The position numbers and the translations under genes were made by a program. DNA of 47,079 nucleotides, filler included, from Sphacelaria rigidula (taxonomy: Eukaryota), in NCBI GenBank assembly GCA_964200075.2. It is 2 parts of 2 records of this genome, joined end to end, with 100 filler letters (N's around TTAATTAATTAA, not from the genome) between each part and the next. Parts side by side here need not be neighbours in the genome. Positions count along the whole stretch, not along the records: positions 23,607 to 47,079 come from CAXNAA020000260.1; 1 more part is not named here. One strand, given 5' to 3'. This document shows positions 26,026 to 38,600 of this stretch, piece after piece (position 1 is the first letter of the stretch; the number at the start of each line of letters is the position of its first letter). Below the pieces are notes generated by a model. That model did no database searches and was not told the DNA's origin. It saw only the letters and a list, made by a program, of their open reading frames with translations.

Positions 26026-26477
26026 TCAGAGTGGTCCATCACCTCCACTACAAATACCACCACCACCGCCACCTAAAAGCGTGATCTTCGCTTCTTTATC
26101 CGGTTGTTCGTCCCCTGCCGGTGACGTTTTTTCGGTTGCTATAAAGCCTCCCTCACCCGTGTCTCCGAGACCTACGTCCACGGGTGATATCTTACTCGAT
26201 TTGTTTTTCGAGAAAAAGGACGGCAACCCCTTAGTACCGCCGATTTTGCTGTTGCTCGTGCTGCGAGGCGACGTGGTCGTTTCCTCTGCCGTGCTGCTTG
26301 GAATAGCTCCAACACCCACGCCACCACTACCGACAACGTTGCTTGGGCTGCTTTTACTATTCTGTGGCTCCATCGGCGGTAGTCGTCTGATCATGTGTCT
26401 GCTGCTGCTGCCGTGACTGATGCTGCCGTGACTGATGCTGCTACTGGCGCCAGGCGCATCAGCATCAGCATCAGCAT

Positions 26478-26516
<39 letters not shown>

Positions 26517-26611
26517 CACTCGTAGTGTGGTCACCGGCGCCATCAGCGCTCTCTCGAAGCCCCCTATCAGCAGCCCCTGCCTCAGCAACGCATGTTGTTG
26601 TTGATGTCGAT

Positions 26612-26642
<31 letters not shown>

Positions 26643-29600
26643 CAGACGAGGAGGAGGATGACAGCCGTTGGCCCGCCGAGAGACTTTTGCCCGAGAGACT
26701 TTTGCCCGTGAAACTCGTACCCAGGCTTATAGAACGACGAGGGTACGTGCTGACACTTTCCCCGGGCAAGGACGACTGCAGTCTAGTGCTGGCTCCCAGG
26801 TAATCCGAGCGTTCTTGCTCCTTCAGCGCGTCCTCTGCAGCTTTCCCTTCAGACTTTTTTTCGGTCACAGTTGTGGCGGCATCGGAAAGAGGGGGGAGGT
26901 GGGCGCTAGGGAGTGGAACACAAGAGGGTGGGGACAGAAAGCGCGCGCCCGAGGGGGTACGCAGGGATTTGGGGGCAGGGAGTACTTGCGTGTCTTAGTA
27001 TGTATGCATTAGTAAATAGTTGCTCTGCCATTCGATCGCGCGTTGCCGAAAGGACAAAGGGTAGGAGGATGGTGTGGGTAGGCACGAGATCGGCGGGGGG
27101 GGCTCGATCGGGGAGACGATGTCGATACGGAGACAATGAAGGAGTCCAAAAACATTGAAAAAGTATCGAATACATTACTATATATCTAACGAATTACGGT
27201 ACAGTGAATACTGAGGGATGGAGAATTTTGTATCTCTTTGCGACTGCAATTGTGCGAATTAAAGCAAACCACCAGTCAGAGAAGGAGGGCTCATCGATGG
27301 AAGAATCTCAATACGGGATGCGGAGGGTGTCACCGATCTGCTGGCCGTACGGGAAGGTGCCGTTCTGGACAGGACAATGCCTGAGACGATGGGGCTCCTT
27401 CGAGATTTCGAGTGGAGTGTATCTTGGTGACTGTACTGATGAAACGAAAAACACTCGGACATAAGTTGAATTGGGCACTGCGAAGAATCCTGGTGTTATT
27501 TCTATTCTGTTTAGAGGAGGGGGGAGGGAATGAGTCAATGGTTCAGTGACGAAACACGTGCCTGCCGATGGATATATATATATATATATATATATGTATC
27601 TGATTGATGATGAAACAAAAGTAGCTGCTACGGATTTTCTGACTGGCGCACATTTCGACATCCCAGAGACTCAGTGCTTCTGTTGACTAGTGGAATGATG
27701 CCGTGTTATCATCCAGAAAAGTCTAATAGAAACCGAGGCAAAATCTGCATGTAAGGTCTTCAGACCTGGTTTCTGAAACCTCTATGTCTTCATTCTTGAA
27801 AATATATTCTAGAGCTGGTTTCGGAAACCAGCTATTTCTGAATTGCGCGAGTGGAACTTTATAAGCGCTGGTTTCTGAAACCGGCTACCTGCAGTCTTCA
27901 AGATGAATGATGAGACCTGATTTCCGTAACCACCCATCATCTCGATGCACTACATGACCATTTCTTCGCGACAGATGAGTTCACCCTTTGCGCGCGGGGG
28001 GGGCGGCGGCGGCGGCGGCGGCGGGGGGGATCGCGGCACCATTCATGTACATCTATTATAAATCAAGGTATGCATCAACACGATTCAGCAGCTTAAGCTT
28101 CTTCGATGATTATACCAGGCACTGCAGACAGGCCCACGAAAAGCGCCTTCCCATGGCCGCCTTCTTGTTCAGCATGGTGTCCGTATCCATCCTCGCCTCC
28201 AAATTCCACTTGCGAATCTGAAGCCTCGCGTGCTTCTCCAACAATGTCATCTTGTATCCCAGAACAAAGATCGACAGCACGAAGCTTACCTGATGGTTGT
28301 TAGGAATAATATATATCAGCAGAGAAGCAGAGGCGCCGATTAACATCAATGCGCTGTATATATACATATATATATATTGCCGACATCAACTCTGAGCGGC
28401 TCAGACATCGACGTTTCGCGCTGTGTCTTTTCGCTGCGATGGTTTAATATACATACATACATATCCACCGCGCCCCTCTTGTCCGGCCGGTACAGGGCAA
28501 AGTCAAACCGGTTAAGGGAGAGTTGGGGGTTCGAACTCCTGTAGAGATACGTCCTTTTCCTCCGTCGTTTTGACGCAAGGGCGTAAGTAGCTGATGGGGT
28601 ATATTTGTCGAACACCGACGCTGTGCGGAAGTATAAACCAATCTGCGATGCCAAGATGTCGGGTATGGGTATGGATATGTGTGCCGGAGGAGAGACGGGT
28701 TGGTTCCTTGAGACGAAATACTCGTCCCGAGCGAGGGAAGAGGTGGAACATGTTACGGGAAAGAACACACACATATTTATATGTACATGTGTATATATAT
28801 GTACGTATTTTGGTTGACGTCGACAACTGTACGTATCAGACTATGAGGTGTGGGTGTACTCATGATCTTGAATACCGTCGTCATCATGTGGCCACTGACC
28901 TCGCATCTCTGCAAATCGGGACGGAGCACACCTGTTTTTCACCGGACCGGGCTCGGAATCGTCAAGCTCGAGGCGCCGTGATGTGTTTGGCGAGTCGCAT
29001 GAGGGGTGATCTGCATGCTGCTAAGATTGTTCGACCCGAGAGGCGTACTAATTACCTTTCATAAGAATGACAGCCTCGGACGAGCTGCTTCATTTTCTTG
29101 TATCACAACCTCCAGAGACAGCCATGGGTTATACACTGCCTCATGGGTGTCTCACCATTTAAACACTACGTAGTACGATCATCCCCTTTGCGGGGACTTG
29201 AGGTTCTCCACCCCGTACGATGATCTAACTCGACCACCATCATGGGTACCGCAGGAAAACGCAGGCGGGAAAATAAAGGGTAGCCTGGTTGCCGAGCTTA
29301 CGCAGTAAGTGGCGTGTTTTTACAGCGCCGCTGTCAACCGACGCCAACCCTTCAAGGGAGCTGTACATCGGGCGTGCGGATTGGCAAGGGGTAAAGCTAC
29401 ACTAGGTTATCGTGTATTGTTGCTGGCTTCTCTTCACATCGAAACCCTTTCCGATCTCTGCGCAGTAACTTCTAACCTCCGTACCGAACATCTGATTCGG
29501 ACCCCTTCCGTAATCACAGGCCAACTACCGAGTAACTATCCGAATCAGGGTACCAGGAAATCGAAGAATAAAAATGAAGAAAAAGGACCCAGGAAGATCA

Positions 29601-32600
29601 ACACAGGCGCGAAAATTTGAAAGGAAGAAATGATGATGTTAAGGTTGATCTTTTTTCGCTTGTAACGCACACATTGCAATGATATCACACGTCGGACAGA
29701 CAATGACCCGTCTGAAATGACTAATCACAAAATATTCTAGAATTCGTTGGTCTACGAACACAAATATGTGACCGCGGAGTCAGGAAAGCCGGAGCGCAAC
29801 CTTCGCGCTACTAGGCGTACTCAGCGCTGTAGTGAAAAAACATGTAAAAGGGGGGATCAAATGATCCGGATCATGATCCGGATCAGACTAATGCCGAGAT
29901 AGCCCCCCCACAGAAAGTGCACGGGGGATCGTCCGACAAACCGGCTGCGATCCCACTATTGGGCTCATTTGCAGCAATTCCGCCCACATGAAAGGCTTGT
30001 AGCAGTCCGAAATCAGCTATAACGCCCAAATAAGTCGCGTCGTGGAACACGAAACCAGCTCTAACGGCATTTATGATCATCGCCTCCGTGCACATTTTTG
30101 GCCGGTTTCGGGCGGGGGCTATCTCGGCAGCGGTCATCAGTACACTGAGAGGAAGTAATTTTCAGACGGAGTTTTAATCTATCTGTCTGATGTGTGAATG
30201 CTATATTGACCCCGTATCCTGCAAGGTATGGTCTCGCCGGTGGCATTCTCGATGATTTTAGCAGAGGGTGTGAAGCTCTCTCGCGGCATGAAACAAGCAA
30301 AAACCAGAAACGACATTTTCTACGATAGCCCCCCTCCAAAAAGTGGCTGGTTTGGGGAGGCAAAATCTACACGTATATCGAAATGAAGAAAGCCGAACAC
30401 AACGACTAGCTGAGAAATCCCACGCTTGGGTTCATTTTCGTCAATGTCACCCATATGAGGCGCTTAATACAGCCCGAAACCGAACGTCAGGCGCTGTTTT
30501 ACCATTTTCTTTGTGACAGTTTTGGGCTGTTTTTTTTCTGGGGGGGGGGGGCTATCGTAGAAAGCGTCGAACGTGTTCTGACGGATCATCGCCCTCTCGG
30601 CTGCTCTATCGCAAGCGTTATTTGGAGCGTGATACCTGGGGCTGTTTCATGAGCTAAACATTTTTCCCATTGAGCCAGTGAGCGCACACTGATTCAACGG
30701 GCATCTGATCGCTTCCTGAGCACCCATTGAACCAGTGAGCGACTCACTCGTACAATGGGCAAATTGTTCGCTTGTTGAACAGACGTGACAGCGAATACCC
30801 GACCTAGTTTCCGTTGTAAGAAGACGGAGACGTCGCCGAGACCTCTGACGTCCAGAAATGATCATCGAGAAATGCCTCGGTGACCGGCAAATTTCCTTCG
30901 CCCACTGCGGGTACTCGTTATAAAAGAAAGTCGAGGATGAGTTTGCCATGGCTCCCAGGTCATGAATCCCGTATAACATCTACGTACGGTCGAGATCATT
31001 TTTTTTTTTTCCTTCTGTCTTTTTGGTGTGTTTGGTACGGCGCTTACCATAAAAACGACGTTGTTGGCCAGGTGCGGCTGACGGAGGAGGAGAAAGAGAT
31101 TGAGGAGGAGAAAAGGGACGTCCTCGAAGACGGCGATGATGATCCGCATAGAATTCAGGCTAATCAGACGCTGCACGCCGATGTGATGGCTCAGGTACTT
31201 GTAGTTGGCGAGGTGTGCAATCGATGACGCGGTGCCCAGGAAAAGGCGACGGAGAGGGAGAGGAGATGGCACGGGGAGGGGAGGGGGGGAGGGGAGAGGC
31301 GTACTCATTTGTTGCTTGCCTTAGTCGTTCGATCATTNNNNNNNNNNGCCTTAGTGGTATGAATAGTCCACACGCCACCCGTTCGGGACGGTTCACGGCC
31401 TTCGTTCCATATAGAGCAATCCCCATCATGGGACCGGGGGGGGGGGTCATGGTGGCGATCAATTTAATCCCGAAAGGCGTTGCCTGTAACCAATACACGG
31501 TCCGTGACCATGTTTCACCCATAGTAATACTAGACGGATCTTGTGATTTATCGCACTATACCAAACGCTGCACCGGAGGTCACGGCAGCGGAAGGATTGC
31601 TAGTATGTTGCTACAAGATTTGAAGTATGATCACGATAAACGACCGAAACAACAGCAATGCTTGATAGAGTGGGAGAAAAGGTTTTCCTCTGCACGATTC
31701 TGTACGAGATCAGACCTTAGTCAACCATTTCGCAAGGTTATTTTTACTACAGTAGTAGAGCTACTCGTAGATTTTCTTCTTTTTCTTTTGCAAGTATTGA
31801 AGAACTGCAAACAGTACCGTCCGTTCAAAAACACAGTATCGACGGTGTACATGTTTTCATGACGGTTTCGTTCAACAACACACCTTGTTTCCCCGGTCGA
31901 AAGGTACGTGCCGACGACAGGTCTTTTTCTGGGTCATGATCTGCAGTATGCTGTACTGCTTTTCGTAGTACAGCATGTTGTTCCCCGTGATCGCAAGCCC
32001 TACGGTGCGCTCCTGGATGGTTGTATATTTTTCGGTGCAGTGCGCACGCATGCAGGGTAGGTTCAAATACGGCAGCAGTAGACGGCGAAAAAGAAAAAAA
32101 AGCACAGAGGGGGGGGGGCAGCAAAGACTAATCATCATCAAAGCAGGAGCTGCACGTCTTTGGCTACTTGTGTGCAGCAAACAGAAAAAGGGGCCTTTAC
32201 GGGGGGGGGGTTATCTGACGTTCGGTCGTTGTGTTCGGGGGTCATGACTGGCGTATGCCGGGAGCATGCGCATACCACTAGTGCACCAGGACGCATGTAG
32301 CGATATGAATGCAGAGTTTTACCTTGACACACAGGATCCATCGTAACGCGCATGTTCAATACTATATATGGTTTGGTGGTGAGTCGCGGACTCGGGCTCT
32401 GTTGAGGACCCGATCCTTTCGTAGGCAAACCGCTCCGCGCCTGCAGCTTGTACGCGACAAGAGACTCATGTTGAGTTACCCGGTTTACATCGCAGAGAGA
32501 CAACAAACAGGTCAGCAACAACATCCACGCCCGAGTTTTTCCAAAAAAATACTGTTGGGGGTACGGAAGGAGAGGTGTCGGCGACAAGGATGGTGCACGC

Positions 32601-35600
32601 ACGGGTGGGGAGCATCCTTGGCTTGGGTTAGGCATCGAGTCGTCAAACTACAACAAAAATGTTGGGTACTTTCAACTGTTGGAGATACCTCTTGCATGTC
32701 AAGGATGATGATGGCCCGCGTGTGCACCCCATGAAGCGATGCCATAAGGGCAAACGCCACAACGATCGTGTACACTATCTTCATCGCGCCGGTCAACGCA
32801 GCCGTGTAGAGCAGAGAAGCATAAGCCCCTAGATCCGACATGAGGTCCATGATTTCGACTCCGCTGAACATGCTGTGTTTTGCGGGATGATCACACGCGG
32901 GCGGAAGCCGGAGAGCGAGGGAGGGGGTGGGCTAGCGGCTTAGCCTCGTACCCTTCGTATTTGTTTGGGTCACCGAAGCTGACGGCAGTGCTCCCGAAGA
33001 TCGCATCTTCTCGTGTAGATGTCAAGGGCGCGTGTCTCAACTTCATTTTTATCACCATCACGGTAAACTTCACAATGTCGTAGTGTGTATGGGTATGAAG
33101 TCCTCTTTGCTCCTAAGCCTTGAGCAGAGTACCGCTCAATGCTTGTCGAATCCCGAATAGCGTACTCGTACGGGGATGTGAGAGTAAAGCGACTTGGCGT
33201 ACTGTGGACGCCATATATGGATAAATTCACCACTTGGTGAACTTGTGGGGGCTATATTCTGTCCTGAACGCTCTGCACGATGTGAAACAGCACAAGCGAC
33301 AACACTCGGATACACAGACATATATCACAAGCACACGCGATGAAACTAAACCGCTAATAGTACAGCGAACACAGCATGCATCACTATTGCATGTTCACTC
33401 CAGACTCAGAATGTACAAAAACGCACGCCACACACACGGAGGACCCAACCCCATGCATCTCGAAACTAAAGGATGAAGAGTCAAGCTGCTCCTATCGCTG
33501 TGTACGCTGCCTGCGGAAGATCTGTTCACCTTATCCAGAACTGCTGTGCCACGATAAATCGGTTCATCTCCTCGTTTAGCTTCATGTGCACCTTCTCCGT
33601 GACCGGAATCCGCGTTCGGCAATTCTTCTCGAGGTAGGCGTAGATGAGTGTAAATATCACGAGAAACACGCCGGCGATGAGCAGATACAGCCCCACGAGC
33701 GTACCGTCTTCCTCCACCTCGGCGTAGCACTGCGATGACCCCGACTCGGACACCTGGTGGGACGTACGTGACCAAGACACGTGTGTAATTATTGCATGGA
33801 ACGAAAACTCCAGTCAGGCGATCTGCTCGTATCTGGCTCCACCTGTATGGGCAAAGATGATACATTGGCAGATGAACTGCGAACTCTCTGATCCCCATGG
33901 AAAAAAATCTTAATGTCACCGTTCTGACGTGACGTTTTGATACGTAGTCTTTGTCTCTTTTGGCGTTCGATTCACCCTCGGGGTATTCAATTGTTTTCTT
34001 GAACGGAATGGGAACAAATGCATCGCCACGGAGTGATTTACCATTCAGCATTCACGGCACTCAGCAACGGCTGTGTTCGCAGTGGCTTTTCGGCTTTTGC
34101 ACAAAATTCTCTTCATGTTCGACGGGGAAATCCATGTTGCGCGTGCTCCTACCGATCCGTTGAGACAGACGGTGCAGGCCTCCAACGACACCGCCCCGTA
34201 GTTTGGCTGCGAGAAGTTGGTAGGGCACTCCAAGCATGTAGAGGAACCAGTAGCGCCAACATCGGCAGAGTAGTATCCTGGCCAACACGAGGTGCACTCG
34301 CTCTCTGCCTTGAGCCCTTGTAGGTCAGAGCAAGCACAGAACTGTTTCGGTATGTGATCAACAGTGGGTGTTTTTTCATCATTTCGGATTAGTGCTGCAA
34401 TCGCAGGCAGTCTTACCCCGTGTACACAGTAGACGTCTGAGGGCAGACCGCATGGCTCGGTACAAAACATGGGAGTAGGAGTATACGAAAACGATGTCCC
34501 GCACAATGGAGTTTTGAATGGAATAAAGCAGTACACGTCCCAAGCAGCAACAGCTGGACATAGGTTCCGGTTGTCATGGGTCGAGTGCCCTAGGTAGTCC
34601 ACGTGGATTCTGTTCATGCTTCACCGCCTCCCTCACCGACCCAGCCATCAGTAGAACACAAATATTGCAGAAACATGAACACTACGCGGTCATTTCAGTC
34701 CAATAATATCACCACCCACTGGTGGTCGACCTAGTGTACAACAACACTATTTTGGGGGAATTTCGTGAAATTTGAATCCCGACACATTAATGAAGCTATT
34801 TTTTTCAGTTTCAGTCGGCCGAAAAATTGAGGACGAGATTGACAAATGTAACTCAAAGAAAGCTGACGGGTTGCAGTAGTGCAGATCCTATGCTCGATAA
34901 TAAAGCATACGCTAATCGATGGAGAGGAGGCGGGTAGATCCCCCTTGAGACTATGCACATGTTCTGAGGAACGACGGGAGGGGGGGGTGGTCAAAATCAC
35001 GACATGTTTTCGAATATACTAAAACTCAGTATCGCCGTTCACACCGCGTGTCCACTATCTCCCTCAGCGAAAACCCGGCGTGCTCCGTTCCGGCTTGGTA
35101 GGGATTCGAGGCCAATAGTCATAATACTACGGCATGCAAGATCATGCGTACATCTCCCCCTAACCCCCCTCCCCGCCCCACTGCCCCTCGAAGCTGAGCC
35201 CTCCACGCGTTATCAACCCACATGTCACCTTGCACTGCCCCGTACGTCCCGGCAGGACACAAAGTACAGTTTCCCATGGATGAGGATCCTTGGGCAGTAC
35301 CGTAAGTACCCAGAGGACACTGTGAGCACTCCGACAACGAGGCTGCCCCGGCTGCATTTGAGTACATGCCACTGGGGCATGGAAGACATTGGCCAGCGTC
35401 GTTTCCGTACACGTGCTTGTATGTGCCTAAGCCACATGGCTGGAGGTTCGGCAGTGGTAACGAGTGCGAAGCGCCGTAAGAGCGAATATTGTAGAGTGTT
35501 GGTGGCGCACGTTAAGATGAAATCTGCATCGAACAGCATGGTGCGCTCGAGGAGCAGACGTACGACAAGGCGACACCGACAGATTCCTTCGGTCTGTTTA

Positions 35601-38600
35601 GAGCCTAGATAGGGTGGAAGCTTGTCTGTCGTCTTACACCCCTCGTTGGAACCCTCTCTCTTGCCCTCTCTCTTGACGTTTCACGCTTGGCATACAGGCT
35701 CACCTCACACAAACCAGTTGCTTCAACAAAATAATGCCCTGGCCCGCACTCACACGAGGTGAGATTTGTAGCTCCAGCCGTTGCCGTCCGTGATCCGGAA
35801 GGACATGCTACACACGAGGGGCCAGGGCCAGTTCCACCCTTTCGTTTAGGGTCATCCGAAAAGTCAGACGGTGGGAGTATATGTGTTGTGTGCGTTTTCG
35901 TCCTATCTATCCTGGGCGCCCACACATTCTGGTGTATGTCAGCGTACCAGCCGGTGTCATAAAGGAGGAAGGTCACACAAGAGTCGTTTTCCCATTTTCT
36001 TTCCGGAGTGTTCGCCATAGTTTTGTGGGACAGAGAAAATGGGCATGATTGCATCATAGAGGCGGCTACCAACTGCCCGGTAATTTCCATTGATGCTCCC
36101 GATGAGTGAGTGCTGTCATAAACGCACTCACCATAAGAATGCGGATTAAGACAAACAAACACATCAGTGAATACATCTGTTCTCTTGGTTCCACCTCACC
36201 CTTTCATCGTAAAAATCGGCAGAACAAACGCATTGCCTCTCTTCCCATCTTCCAGCCAGGAGTGTTGTTGAGTTCGCAGGGCACGCCTGACAAATGCTGA
36301 CGAATGCGCCATCGTCATTGTTTCCCATTCTCGCATCATTTCCTCCGGCGTACCATCCCAGCGGGCACTTCGTGCAGTTCGCTCTGGACCCTTCGTACCT
36401 GCACTACCAAAATATGAATATTTACCGAGAAAACGGCATGGAGTCGAATGGGGTGTATAATGACCTTGGCTTCGACGAAGGCATTCTTCACTTGTTCCGC
36501 TACGCGTACACAAAGGAAAGGCGCAAATATTATGGTATTGCAGGACAACTTTGTACATGCTCTTGCAGACGTGGATTCAGTTTGTGCTATGTTATCCATC
36601 TTTTCTCGTACCCATAAATTTATCGGGTCTCGACTCACCCCTACCGTAGGCCACAAAAATTTCCTTCCAATAGCGCTCGCTGGTCAATTCCTCGATAGAC
36701 CAAAACAATGAGCGCCAAAATGACTCCGTCGACACCCCCTTTCATTGCAACATCCCATTGAATAAAAAATGCCTCCTCCCGACTCCCCCTCGAACTCTCA
36801 CCCGTCTCCGCAGGCACAAATGGAGTAGCGATCATAGGCAGGGTCCAAGACGACGGCGACCGCATCGCTCCCCTCGCTCCCAGGGACAGCATAAAGCGAG
36901 GAGCACACCGAAACATTATCGGTTGCCTCATATAAGAAGATGTCATCTTCGCTGTCTTCACCGGCCGTCACGGCCGCCGCGGCAGCTTCAACGTAGGACG
37001 GCAACGATGCATTGGAGAGGCTGGTTCCGGTCGCATAAAGCATAGTTAGGTCGGAGTAAGACTCCGGGATCGCACCAGTTATGCCCTTGTTATTCGAGAC
37101 ATCGAGAACCTCTATCCTTCGCTTGCCTAGGTGTATCGTCGCTGGCAGTTGCCCTTCGTGGTGTGTTTGCCGTTGGTAGGATGCGTGCATGCGCGTACAA
37201 GGGTAGATGGGTGCGACAGGTGTGAAGAAACCGATAGCTTGCTCGCGAAGCGTGGATGGGTGGGGTGGTGAGGATTTTGGCGAGAGAGCGGGATGCTGTC
37301 CTTTTCTTCTTGATTCACTTTGTAAAAGCTGGTGGAAGCCAGATGTAGTCAGCCGATTGCGATCTCGCGCCAAAGATTGATCCGTTGGAGAGGCCTTACT
37401 GTGATTCTCGCTTGTGGTTTTCGAGTTTCAGGGCACTGGAAGTCAGGCGCTTTTCCTCGCACTAGTACCTGCGGTGCTCAACGTGCTGGACAATATGGAG
37501 TTGATCACACGTCGGACAGAAAATGACTCGTCTGAAATGACAAATCAAAGAAGATTCTCGGACCTGTCGGTCGAAAAACACAAAATATGTGACCGCGGAG
37601 TCAGAAAAACCAAACCGCAACCTTTGCCCTACTCAGCGTGCTCGGCGTGCTTGGCGTGCTCGGGGTCTGGCGCTGTAGGGGGCAAACATGGGAAAGGGCG
37701 GCCAAATGATCCGAATCATGATCTGTCCGACGTGTGTTGATGAGGCAATATTGCGTAATAACCCACATCCCAGTCACCAACAAACTGTACGTCGATTTTT
37801 CATCCTCAGCTAAGCTGCCGTACGAAGCTTGCCTGTCGCCTGAGAGCACCTGTCAAGTCATTGCTATCCAGTGCGACTATGCGCAACAAGGGTCCTGCAG
37901 TGCCCGTAGCTTCCTCGTCGCAAGCGCTGCTGTTACCCCCTGCCGACGCGTCAGTATTGCAGTAGAATAGCGTTAGAACATCTTCCACGGATCCAGTCAA
38001 GGCATTCTTGCCCATATCCAACGTCTGCAGTGACTTGAGGGCAACGACTGTCTGCAAGGTCACGTACACCGTTGCGTTCAGAGCATTTCCTCGCAGTATC
38101 AGCGTGCGGAGTTCTGGTAGCCATGAAGATTCCGGTGCCAGGTGCACCACAGGGTAGGTGTAGCCGTTTTCAACCATTGAGCTGCCGTTACTTGCGTTGT
38201 TGTTCACTTCCAGCCACGCGCTCGGAAGAGAACTGCTGTGCGCGGAAAGCAAGTTTGGAGAGCCGGCCAAACCACAACGAGGAAATAGAGGGAAGGCGTT
38301 TGGTGTTTATACGCAAGAATGACTTCATCATCCGGGGTACCTATGTGAGAACCCGCGCAGTGCTACGCTCATGTTCGAGTTATGATCATAGCAGTGTCAG
38401 CAATACCGAGTGAGTGAATGAATACTTCTGCAGATTTTTTGTATGTATGATGGAAATTTTCCCATACCGCGGGCGTCGTCGTCGAGTATCTGCTGACTTC
38501 AGTCGTGCAGAAGCGAGGATCAGATTGCGGAGACAGCCTGCATTCGTGACACCCTAATTGGTACCGCATAGATGACATTTTGACTGATACGAAGACCAAC

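Noticed and set aside
27204-27462. Extra exon between exons 12 and 13 of gene A
   Set aside because: No convincing splice pair or protein features; not needed for frame.
27720-27931. CRISPR array
   Set aside because: Eukaryotic intron, repeats degenerate, spacers partly similar to each other, no cas genes.
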